A stretch of 64,000 nucleotides of DNA from Balanoglossus misakiensis (lineage: Eukaryota > Animalia > Hemichordata). The translations under genes and the position numbers were made by a program. The stretch lies in the NCBI GenBank assembly GCA_040954595.2, contig CM082581.2:7586059-7650058 (forward strand). Reading direction: 5' to 3'. This document shows positions 14,563 to 26,845 of this stretch, one piece after another; positions within the stretch are counted from its first letter, which is position 1; each line of letters begins with the position of its first letter. Below the pieces are notes generated by a model, which was not told the origin of the DNA, ran no database searches, and was given only the letters and a program-made list of their open reading frames with translations.

Positions 14563-16095
14563 TACTGCAGATTGACACGTACTGCGCAGCGAACAATTAT
14601 TCAAGAGACCGCTCTATTTGTCTTTGAACACAGAAAAAATAAGCTGGATGTTTCACGATTACCGCATACGCACAAACACACAAACTCGCTGGCAAACGTA
14701 CAAATCGTAACGCTTATAAATGCGTGTTTTGCCTCATTGCTTTCTGGCAATTTGTAGTCTTCTTCATAATCGCAGTGTTCGCAAACTCATACAGTATAAT
14801 GGGTCGATCACTGAAATTCAAAATAATGCTGCTGTATGACCTGCAAATGTGGGTGAGAATGAATCCCTAGCCCTGCATGTACAAGGCAGGTTCTTTTTAT
14901 TCCAATTTTTTGTACGTTATAGAAACTAAGAAACCGTGTGACAAGTGGATGTGTTTGGTGTGTTCAAGAAAGCTGTGTTTGAATCTGTGTAATGTGTGGA
15001 ATGATGTTGAGACCAGTTTTATTTTACCTTCAGTGGGTGCTTGTGGGTTTTTTTGTTCTTTGCAAAATTGGTGGTACTTTTTGGACCATACGAAGTTTGT
15101 TATATATGTTAGCCAGATCACCGTGGTCTCTTTATGTCCAATCAGTACCACCAAAAATAATTTATGTAAATAGGCATAATGGCTGTTTTAGTAATTGCTG
15201 TTGACCTGAAGTATATATTTACTAAACCATTACCCCTTAAATAAGCCCTAAAGGTGAGGTATGTTATTTAAAATGAGTACAATATGTAAATGAGCTTTGC
15301 ATCCAAGATATTCTAAGTAGGGCAGGTTCTTGTAAAAACTTCAATATGTATATTTAAATTCTCCTGGCTAATGTTGGGGCAATGGGAATATTTTGCCGAT
15401 ATGTATGATCCTGAGAGCTGGCTTGTTTTTAATGTTGATTTTTTTGTGTTTTGTACACGGTCTAACCTCATGATGAAGGTTTAGGGCATTAAACTGTGTA
15501 CAACATAACCTGTCTTCACTGAACACACTTGTTTTGCTGGGAACCTGAGATAAACTGGAAATGTGTTTGTGTGTAAGGGGGGATGACGTATGCCGATTTT
15601 ACCAACTTTCACTGAACACAGAGCAGAGCTATTGAACAGCAAGAAGTATATGTACTACCGGTAGTATGTGAAGGGAAGAAGTGATGTCAACTTGTGCCGT
15701 CTTCAGCGTGCAGGGCGCGAGTCAAACTGCGGCAGCATCTGGTCGCAGGAAGTGAAAATGTATGAAGCCATGGCAACCATTTTGGATTACATTGAAAAAC
15801 AAACTGATGTGCATATGCTTGTCATAGTGCCTTTATACCCATGTATCAATTATGAATAGAATTGGTTTAGGCATGCATGAATATCTGGGCGAATAGTTTT
15901 ATATGTGAAAAATGAAATTTAAAAAATAATAAAATGGCCGCAAGGCAGCCATATCAGAGTACATGGCACAGAACACATGTTGCATTTTGAGTTGCATTCA
16001 TTCTCAGACTTTGGAATTTTAATCTAGCTAGGGAGTGTGACCAAAGAATACCTGGTAACAGTATCAGCCAGACTCCTTAGCTAGCTTGGAATTGT

Positions 16096-16115
16096 CATAG
16101 ACAGTAGCGTCTATG
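16096..16115. mobile_element. Ultra-short TIR remnant, 7-bp TSD (P-element-like termini)
   Basis: GAATTGT-CATAGAC(6 nt)GTCTATG-GAATTGT; related CATAGA...TCTATG hairpin at 16674-16701 with a decayed TSD. Confidence 0.55.
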
Positions 16116-19100
16116 GAATTGTAGAGCTATAATACCATGCGTGAGAGTATTTTTTCGTTGCTTGCAGCATTTCAGTTCAGGACTTTATGAAACAATTAAG
16201 ATTATTTCCACGATAATAAGTCGCTAAACTTGCCCCCCTGTTTCAGCAATTGAATTACACTGCAAAAGTGAATTTGCTTGAGGCAAATCCTGATTTCCCC
16301 TTTTTAACAAATTTTGATTCTTGGTTTCCCAGCAGGTGTTGTGAGGGTATAAGCTTTGTCGCTCTGTGCCTAGATGTGTAATGTAGATGAAGTTGTGAGT
16401 AACAGTGGAATTTCATGTCATACAGACATACATACATGTACTGCAAAATCTGTATGTACCAAGTATATTATTAGATAACTTGTCCACTGAGGGACTTATA
16501 TGGAATTTCTGCTTGTAGATTTGTACATTTAATCGAGGAATTTGAACTTAAACGGAATATCTGCTTGAATGTACAGTCATAAATTTAATCTTGCACAAGA
16601 GAAATTGGAACGCCAGAATTTGCTGGTCAAACCTGACCTTTATACATTCCCGAGCAAGCTCTGGGTTTTGAGCCATAGACCCTGGAACGAAAGGATCTAT
16701 GGTTGAACTGAATCTTCTGTTGGGGGCGCTGTGTCGTCCACTTGCGTCAGAGCAAAACCGCCTTTCAGTGTAATTGGCAATTTTTTTTTTCTGGAGATCT
16801 TTTTAAAGTACCCTATGAAAATCTTGCAGTTTTTCACTGCCAGTGATCTTGTAGGGTTTTTAATTGTTTCTGCTCCGGTTAATAGTTTGTGGAATATGTA
16901 AACTGTCATTTGATTGCCTGTAGTCTTCATAATAAATGCCAGACACAATGCTAACACCATGTACTTGTTGGCGTTTTGTTTGTTTGTTTGTTTGTTCCCT
17001 GCAAATACACCCCAGTTACAAATCTTGATATATTCTTCATCCAGGACCATTATCGAAATTTGCCCCAGCAAAGAATTGTGGGAATGCACACATAAAATGA
17101 TGATGATCATACTCCTTATTTATATCAAAGCAAGCAAACTCTCATTTGCTAGGAAAAACATCCCAAAAGTACAATATTTTTATCATAATTTAATTTATTC
17201 GGTCCTATTTAATTAAACTGGGACATACTTTACAATGGACCAAATCTAGAGATATATTATTACACAAATATACATATATCTGGAAGAAAACATTACTGTA
17301 TAAATGTTCTAACTCTAAGTGGCAAACCATAAGTACATACTAAACTATACATAGACTGGTAAACATAAATGAAGGCTGACAAGATTATGGATATACACAA
17401 GTATTGTGTACAAATCTTTTCGTGTTGTAAAAAACTGTATCAAAGAAAATGTCTGGTGATAAACATAAAAGGAAATATAAACAAAACTTTGAAGTTGAAG
17501 CAAGGTCTGATAAAAATTTCTATATGTATGTGTGCGTGTATGTAATATTGTGCTACATAATCATTGTAAATGTGTATTACTTTTGATACATACTTGATGG
17601 AATACTGTTAAGCTAAACGTAAAGTTTTCTAACTTTAAAAAAAAAAAACCCATTGTACTAAATATACTCAGAAGACTTAAGACATACACTTAAATAGTTT
17701 AAATAAAATTTAAATCAAATAATACTCCATCATATATTAAGTAACAATAAATATGCATTAATTAATTTTGGGTAAATAAGTTCAATGACAATACACATTA
17801 TATGTAAGTAAAACATGTACTGAGCTGTGCATCCGATTCTAAGGAGTTCTACACACTATGCAGAGTCCAACAAATAAACGCAGAATACTGATAAAAAAAC
17901 ACATAAAAGTTTCGGCAATGCTTATTTATTCCCCCCCCCCCCCCATTTTAAACCACTAGAACATAGACACTTTGTAGTCCTGCACCACATTTGTGGTTAC
18001 TCACATTTACTCATAGACACTCAAAACTGCAAGACTGGGACACGTTTTCAAATCAATGCGGTCGTCATAAACAGGCCTGGCTTTCAAACTGTTATAAATG
18101 ACAAAAATATACAAATCATGGTTCCCATGTAACAGCATCAGATACCAAGTATCTTCATTCATTGGTCCCCCTTTTCTGTTAATTGTGTGCGTGTCCAATA
18201 TCTGGACAATATGACAACAGTATCACATACTGAGCATTATGTGTGCGTGGCATGTCCAATATCTGAACAGTATAATGCCAGTTACAGATAAAAGACTGAG
18301 GCAGTCTACAAGGTGATGACTCATGAATATAACAACATGAGTATAGTCTTATAATCATTTAGAAAAATGTCAGTTTTTTACAGCCTAAAGGTAGTCTAGG
18401 CTGCCATATTGGGGCATATGGGTAGAGTGGGATTTCCCACAAGGCTGCTGGTCAGTTGTCGGTCATTGAGTAAATGTGTTCACCAATGTGCTTCTTCCTG
18501 ATGCAACCAGGACCAGAATTCAACTTGAAGTTACGTTCAGATTTTGAGTAGAACAAATGAGTTAAATAACTTGCAATTTTGAAATTCATTTGACATATAA
18601 TATTAGGCAAGTAGCGAAACGAACATCAACGTTTCACCAGTCCAATTTGCATGAGGAAGAAGCCATTCCCTTTGTTATGCCGAGCTTTGTCAAAAGTTGT
18701 CGTGCCACTGCCACAGGAAGAGATTCTCTTGCGGTTCTTCAGCAGAGAAATCAAAATTATCACTGAGAAATTCCAGTGATAGACTCTGATTGGGCCCTGC
18801 AGCTGTAGGGTCCCCAGAAACTGGGGTTTTCATCTCGGTAACTTCAAACTCTGGGAAAAGTGGGATTTCTGTGTGGAAGATTTCGTCTGCATCACATGAC
18901 TGATCGAAAGCCTGAGCTGCGTCTGCTGGTATTTGTGGCAGAGCTGGAAAACTTTCGTCAAACACATACGCAGGGCCTAGGTCAAATTCTCTAACTACTG
19001 TTTCTGTCAACACCCCACTTTGCTCTGAAATCTCAGATTCAGAGATTTCATCATCCACGCTCACAACCATTTCTTGCACATCTGCATTGTCGTCATCGTA

Positions 19101-19901
19101 AGCATCATCTGCGTCGCCATGACCACTGACGTCCCCGGAGATGACCTTCTCCTCCGATGTCGTCAGGTCGTCGGATCGGACACTGTTGTCCCCAGAATCC
19201 GGAACACCTGTCGTTGATACACTGCTCAGACACTGACCATCTCCATCATCAGGCTCCATGGCAACCGGTACAACCTGGTCATCAAAACTCAAGCCACCTT
19301 CCCTGTCATCGTGACCAACTTTCACCCTACAAGAAAACAAATCAGAGAACTGCATGTCTTGGACTCGAAAATATACTAAGGAGCATGGAAATTTAAATCA
19401 AAGGTTCTTATGTTTTGTTTTCCAGAGAAACCAAATGCTAAATTCCTTTTAACAGCCCTTGAAAAAATCCATCAATTACTGACAAAAAAACTAAACGCTC
19501 AGTTTACCCTGACAGAGAATCAACAGCAGAGTCAGTGCCGCCATCATCTGCCATGACTGCTTTCTGTTGAAACATTTCTTCCTCAAGGGCAATGTCACCT
19601 TCAGCATGGCGTGCACACTCCTTGTGGAATACAATATCCATGTCCTAAAATAAATTAGGGGAAAATTTCCCTCAAAGTGAAAACTAGAAATCACTGATGA
19701 AATCATCATGCTCAGGGTTGATATGCGCTCCAACATCAGGGTCTGTGGCTCCCTCTTCACAGACTTATCGAGAAGTGGGCAGTACATGTACTAGTAATTC
19801 TGAACCCTGGTTTAGAAGTGGCATGGTCATATTCGGTTCTGATATTTCATTCATTCACATGAAATTGCATGCAACAGTCAGTGACAATGATAATTAAAAA
19901 T

Positions 19902-20779
19902 CGCGTCAAGGACACGGTGGTCCCATTGAGTGATTACACACAGAAAAGTCTACACCGGAGTACATGGCCATATACAGACTGACACACACACACATAGCGA
20001 GAGATCAATGGGCAAGCACTGACTGACCCATAAGCTGCCAATGGCATATTTACTGTACATACACTAAATAGAACAGCTGGCCTCTTTAAAACTTAGCCAG
20101 TTATGTAAAACTGGTATGTAAAATGGGACAACAATCTAATATCGGACTGTCGACACAGAGATCTGATGGGACGATGAATGCCAAGATGAATTGTATGGCT
20201 CTCAAATCACAGCAAAAGAAGGCGATACAAAAGCTCGGGGAACATGTTGCGTTGACCTGCGTTAACAGATCCCGTGAGGAGTACGGTGCCCAGAGCGCTA
20301 ACACATCCCCAAACTCCCGTGACCTCTTTTGCACGCAACAATACAATGGCGGCCTCGCACGAGCCTCTCACAAACATAAACATCCCTGTGTCTACAAAAT
20401 GAACACTGTATAGCTCTCAAATCACAGCAAAAGATGGCAATACAAAAGCTTGGGGTGTGTTGCACTGACCTGCGTTAACAGATCCCGTGAGGAGTACGGT
20501 GCCCAGAGTGCTAACACATCCCCAATACGAACTCATGGACACAAACTATTTACATTTCTAGGTCCAAAACATTTACTACAGTGAGACAAAACTGATAGGC
20601 TTTTCTCATATTTAAATCAAGTATTGAAATGCAAAATAAAGTGTTAAAATGCAAATTAAGACCGACGCAAGTATTGAAATGCAAAATAAAGTGTTAAAAT
20701 GCAAATTAAGACCGACGGGAGTGGTTCTTCTTTTCTCCAATGAAGTTCAACTTTGCTCAATGGGCAAACACTGACTGAC
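19902..20779. repeat. Dispersed repeat, rearranged copy (shared with 61032-61560)
   Basis: Long near-identical blocks with 61032-61560; short deleted copy at about 19902-20050, internal duplications (about 20190-20310 vs 20410-20523; about 47-bp tandem at 20618-20716). Confidence 0.85.
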
Positions 20780-21729
20780 GCAGAGTGAGAGGCCCCTGTG
20801 GTCTGAGCCCAGCGTGTCCACGTATGTGGCGTAGTAACTTGTTCATTTCATGAATGGACTTAATTCCCCGCGCTGTACACGTGATATATACATGCCTTTA
20901 CCGCATGTATCTGCGTGACCGAATGACGGCACCATTAACCAATGGTTAACCGGACCAATGCAGGTCAGTTCAAATTTGCATACGCACCATAACAAAGTCT
21001 AGTCTGGATACAGACGAACCACCAAAATATAAGTCATTGCGCAATAAAATAATTCCTTGGCGAGCATTGTCAATTTCTGACAATCAAGATAACCGTAACA
21101 CCCTTCTGACCTCAGTAAAAGCGTAAAACGGTATGGAAACAGGTTTAGTGTGGCAAATCGATTGAAAACATGCTGGATTCTCGCGCCAAATTTTCCGGCA
21201 ACGTTCCCTATGGTTTTACGCATATGCGCATAGTTCAACTCCCTGCGTACAGTCAATGCCTTTCCGTGCGTATTTTGCATTATCGCTGCATCGGAAGAAC
21301 ACAAGGATTGTAATGAACAAACTGGGTCACTGGGCCAGGTTCCTTTCGGAGAAAAAAAGGAATAAAATGTGTACTCACAGTCTCGACAGACGACTCGATA
21401 CATTGGGCACTATGACCGACTCGCACTCGGCTGAAGTGGGCAGACAAAACCCAGCAGACAAAACTCTGGCGGGGATCGCAGCAGACAAAACTCGAAATAC
21501 ACTTTTAAACTTCAATTTCGAACACAGGACAGACACATTACCCCTATTAGACTGTTGACGGTTAAAATATCCGGTATTTTCCTGAATATGATAAATAACC
21601 GCGACGGTACATCATTTCCGACAGCAAAACATGACTTCCTTGATAAACACTGTGTAAAGTGTGAGGGCGCTTTTAACTTCATCGATATACATGTACCAGC
21701 ATGAAGGTAATAACTACAGCCTAATTACC

Positions 21730-23895
21730 AAATGTCTTCTACCATTTCAAAATGAGTGTGCATCAATTTCACATACCATGTCTAATGCACATATATACAT
21801 GCTATCACAATATACATATACCATTCCAAAATTAACTTCTTTGCATAAATTATGGCTATTTTAATGAGCACCTTAAACAGCCTAATTTCCAAACCTTTTT
21901 GCCTATGAAATGTTTGTCTGCTGCCATTTCAAATTGAGTGTGCATCCAACTCACATACCAGGGTTGATACACACATATCCACTCTATAAGACTGTACAGG
22001 TCTCATCAAATAATTAACTTCTTTGCATAAATTATGCTCATTTTAATAATCACCTGTATAGACATATATAGCAGTTTAACACAACATATACCACTGTCTG
22101 CTGGTGCTCCCAGTTGAGTGTGCATCCAACTCACATACCAGCTTTGATACACACATATCCACTCTATAAGACTGTACAGGTCTCATCAAATAATTAACTT
22201 CTTTGCATAAATTATGCTCATTTTAATAATCACCTGTATAGACATATATAGCAGTTTACCACAACATATACCACTGTCTGCTGGTGCTCCCAGTTGAGTG
22301 TGCATCCAAGTCACATACCAGCTTTGATACACACATATCCACTCTATAAGACTGTACAGGTCTCATCAAATAATTAACTTCTTTGCATAAATTATGCTCA
22401 TTTTAATAATCACCTGTATAGACATATATAGCAGTTTAACACAACATATACCACTGTCTGCTGGTGCTCCCAGTTGAGTGTGCATCCAACTCACATACCA
22501 GGGTTGATACACACATATCCACTCTATAAGACTGTACAGGTCTCATCAAATAATTAACTTCTTTGCATAAATTATGCTCATTTTAATAATCACCTGTATA
22601 GACATATAAAGCAGTTTACCACAACATATACCACTGTCTGCTGGTGCTCCCAGTTGAGTGTGCATCCAAGTCACATACCAGCTTTGATACACACATATCC
22701 ACTCTATAAGACTGTACAGGTCTCATCAAATAATTAACTTCTTTGCATAAATTATGCTCATTTTAATAATCACCTGTATAGACATATATAGCAGTTTACC
22801 ACAACATATACCACTGTCTGCTGGTGCTCCCAGTTGAGTGTGCATCCAACTCACATACCAGGGTTGATACACACATATCCACTCTATAAGACTGTACAGG
22901 TCTCATCAAATAATTAACTTCTTTGCATAAATTATGCTCATTTTAATAATCACCTGTATAGACATATATAGCAGTTTACCACAACATATACCACTGTCTG
23001 CTGGTGCTCCCAGTTGAGTGTGCATCCAACTCACATACCAGGGTTGATACACACATATCCACTCTATAAGACTGTAAAGGTCTCATCAAATAATTAACTT
23101 CTTTGCATAAATTATGGTCATTTTAATAATCACCTGCATAGACATATATAGCAGTTTAACACATATTATATTATACAAGTATATTGATGGTGTAAATCAC
23201 ACTATTTGATTGGTCGAGACACGACACGTGACCGTGATATATTAGCCATATACCACAGTCATATATCATAGTCAAAGAAAATGCCTTTTTAAAATGTTTT
23301 ATGCAAAGTTTCAATATACTGGCATAATATAATAGCAATAAAACACCCCAGCCATGTTATACCACTCGATTTTGACCAGTTCAACTCCATATACGCACTC
23401 GCTATCGCTCGTGCGTATATGTCGTGAACTGGTCAAAATCTCGTGGTATACCATGGCTGGGGGTGCTTTATTGCTTAAATATACCACTGTCTGCTGGTGC
23501 TCCCAGTTGAGTGTGCATCCAACTCACATACCAGGGTTGATACACACATATCCACTCTATAAGACTGTACAGGTCTCATCAAATAATTAACTTCTTTGCA
23601 TAAATTATGCTCATTTTAATAATCACCTGTATAGACATATATAGCAGTTTACCACAACATATACCACTGTCTGCTGGTGCTCCCAGTTGAGTGTGCATCC
23701 AACTCACATACCAGGGTTGATACACACATATCCACTCTATAAGACTGTACAGGTCTCATCAAATAATTAACTTCTTTGCATAAATTATGCTCATTTTAAT
23801 AATCACCTTTATAGACATATATAGCAGTTTACCACAACATATACCACTGTCTGCTGGTGCTCCCAGTTGAGTGTGCATCCAACTCACATACCAGC
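21730..23895 (+). repeat. 180-bp tandem array (about 10-11 units) inside the 7.5 kb element
   Basis: Sequence recurs every 180 nt almost identically from about 21915 to 23160 and 23480-23895; degenerate first unit; one inverted partial unit at about 28276-28424. Confidence 0.97.
23164..23480 (+). mobile_element. About 317-bp TIR-less element with long 3' hairpin, copy 1 (intact), inserted in the 180-bp array
   Basis: Interrupts a repeat unit; near-identical to 24537-24705 + 27528-27681; palindrome of about 140 nt at 23335-23474 around CACTCGCTATCGCTCGTG. Confidence 0.85.
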
Positions 23896-24184
23896 TTAGT
23901 ACAACAACATACATGTCAAGAAAGTTATGTGTGCGTACAGTGTGTGTTGTAAACTTCAACTTGGTGTGCATCCATGTCACATCGATACAGCTCACAGGTA
24001 CTCTGTATAGAAATATCAAGTTTCTTGTGCATATCCATTAATAAAGCAATCCTGTATGGAAATAGAACAAGTTACCACTTATACTGGCATGTTTTGGTCT
24101 GATTCATTGACACTGTTTTGTCTATTAATCAGTTGCCCTACCACCACGTGTATTGGTGTATTGTAGTGTGTGTACTATGCATAT

Positions 24185-24431
24185 TAGTCTGGTATCTAGG
24201 GTCTTGGAGTCACAGTCAACTATCGTGGATTCTAAATTTTTGCATGTCAATAGAACTCCAAATGCAATGCCTCGGCAACAAGGTCAGCACCTGATCTTGA
24301 CTGACATCGTTCAAGTCAATCACCTTACATGTACATGACACAGTACTGATTTAGAATCCACGATAGTTGACCGCGACTCCAGACCCTATGTGTGTGAGTC
24401 TATCTAAAACAGGAGTCTGGACACCAGACTA
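24185..24431. mobile_element. MITE with TAGTCTGG...CCAGACTA ends and an inner inverted pair (24197-24388)
   Basis: Flanked both sides by TATGCATA; inner arms TAGGGTCT...CGTGGATTCTAAA / TTTAGAATCCACG...AGACCCTA. Confidence 0.7.
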
Positions 24432-24834
24432 ATATGCATACATGTATGTATTATGGAGAGCAATCTCACACAGTTATATGGTGGTAATGTTTCAAACTGC
24501 ATTTACATACACTTTGCAAAACTGGTAGTTATCAGTTATTATATTATACCAGTATATTGATGGTGTAAATCACGCTATTTTATTGGTCGAGACACGACAC
24601 GTGACTGTGATATATTAGTCATATACCACAGTCATATATCATAGTCAAAGAAAATGCCTTTTTAAAATGTTTTATGCAAAGTTTCAATATACTGGAATAA
24701 TATAAGGGACCGTTCAGTTTTTACGGCCAGGGGGGGGGGGGGGGGCGGCAAAATCCAGGGGGGGGGGGTCACTCAAATTTTGAAGTCCAAAAGGGGGTTC
24801 ATCTGGGTTTTTTAAACGTTTAGGGGGGGGTCAC

Positions 24835-26845
24835 CAATCTGATTAAAATCAGATGTAGGGAACGGCGACGTGGTTTTTTTATGCTGTCGCCTCACACTAC
24901 ATCTGACCAACTACAACTGGAGATCTCGCTGAACTCTCGCGTTCCGACCCGGCCAATCAGATTGCGTGTTATGCCGACTAAAGAATTGCACTGGGAGATG
25001 GGAGAAATGTTGTTGTTGACTTCGAGTATCGCACAGAATACGAAAGATTGGCTTTCTCTTGTGAACAATTTACATGTAATCCCATGGTACCTTTTATTGT
25101 TTGGCGTCATCGTATTCGAGTGGTTTTCGCAGAGCAGTGGAAACGTCGAGCTGTAGCCATATACAAATGATAAACTGTCGTTGATCATTTATAAACTCTC
25201 CTAACAAGTCATGTTCGCCCTCGTAGTCATGCTGCCAGTCGGAAAATGACGTACTTCATGTAAAAGTTTATAAAAAATAAACCAAATTTCACTGCCAAGT
25301 ATCCCAAAACAATTTATGTGACAGATTTATAAAAAGAACGCTAACTTCGGCTAAGAAATGTCAAGTCATAGCTCCGCCTTCAGGTCTGTGTGTTCCCGAC
25401 GCACCACAGCCCTGCATAAGGCGGTAACAGGTCGTTTCGGCACCGCGGAGTTTCGGCCCCAGTCACTTCGGCACCCAATTTTCAAGACCCCGGTCTGTTC
25501 GGCCCCGACACCCCAGTCGTTTCGGTACTTATCTGTAATGGCCCAACTAAAACTTGGCTCTAGGTCCCCCGGGTATATACCCGTATTAAAAGGGTATCAT
25601 CAGGCGCCACAGTCTTTCAGATAAGTAACAAGTTGAATTCGTTCTCGCTTCCTGTACAGTATCATTTTAATGTAGCTAATGAAATAGGTAAACATCATCT
25701 AATGGTTCTGCGTGCATAAATTATAGTCCCGACGCCTGCCAAGTTTGTGGCCTAGGTTACAGCACGTACATTTAAAGCAGTATGTTATACGAAATTTTTA
25801 TTTCTTCCATACGAATACAAGTTTAACTTAAACTTAAGTGAGAAAACTAAACAGCATTGCAACCGGGTAGAATGGCATATAGTGTGGCGCGACTCAGTGC
25901 TTTGTCGGCGCGACCTGCTTTGTGGAGCTATTCAGATGTATTTGCATAATGACCGATAAAACATGCCATAGATTGTGTTAATCGCTGCTATGAATTTGCA
26001 TTTTCCTAGTCCCGTCTGCTTGAATTTTACTTTTGCTAGGGCTACCACTTACTTTTATAACAGTCTCAGGAAAAATACATACGTTTTATTCAATTTTACT
26101 TAAGGCTACCGATAAGTACCGAAACGACTGGGGTGTCGGGGCCGTACAGACTGGGGTCGTGAAAATTGGGTGCCGAAGTGACTGGGGCCGAAACTCCGCG
26201 GTGCCGAAACGACTCGAACATAGACAAAACTGTTGCGTCTGCGGTCCGGACCCAGACGCCCGACCGCAGCTTTTTCTGTCGAAATTCGATTTTATCGAAG
26301 CAAAATCCTTTCCCTGTCTACTTCAACCGACCCCAAATATGATGCGATTAACTTCTTCTAACGTCCGTGTAACGCCGGGAACACACAGACCTGCACGCAG
26401 AGCTAGTCAAGTCAGTGCACTCTCGTGTATACAAACGATCGTGGCGACAGAATCTCTCCCTGGGACGGCCTTACACAAATGTAATCGATTCTCTAACAAT
26501 TTTACTGCGACATGTTGCCACGTCTTATACATTTCGTTGACCGGTGGAATGTAGAGGTTCAGTCGTCACGCTGAACTGGCTCGAAAACCATTCCCCACGC
26601 TGATTCGACTCTCGCGCCCGGGATTTATGTCTGTGGTAGCTCCATGGTAACAACCGCAAGGGGCCAGGTCATGTGATTGTGGGTTGCCTATCATTTGCTA
26701 TAAGGCGCCTTCTGATTGGATTAGAATCCCAGTAATTCTCGCGGAGTTCAGCGAGATCTCCAGTTGTAGTTGGTCAGATGTAGTGTGAGGCGACAACATA
26801 AAAAAACCACGTCGCCGTTCCCTACATCTGATTTTAATCAGATTG
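24835..26845. mobile_element. 2.0 kb non-autonomous TIR element nested in the Harbinger-like element
   Basis: About 105-bp TIRs (CAATCTGATTAAAATCAGATGTAGGGAACGGCGACGTGG...); TSD GGGGGTCA (8 bp) or GGGGGGTCAC (10 bp) depending on terminus choice. Confidence 0.85.
25428..26216. mobile_element. 0.8 kb MITE, possibly CACTA/EnSpm-like, innermost nested insertion
   Basis: About 105-bp TIRs built from GT(C/T)..TTCGGC(A/C)CC subrepeats; probable 2-bp TSD AA; superfamily tentative. Confidence 0.75.

Noticed and set aside
21915-23895. CRISPR-like array
   Set aside because: Units are contiguous near-identical 180-mers with no unique spacers, no cas genes, eukaryotic context
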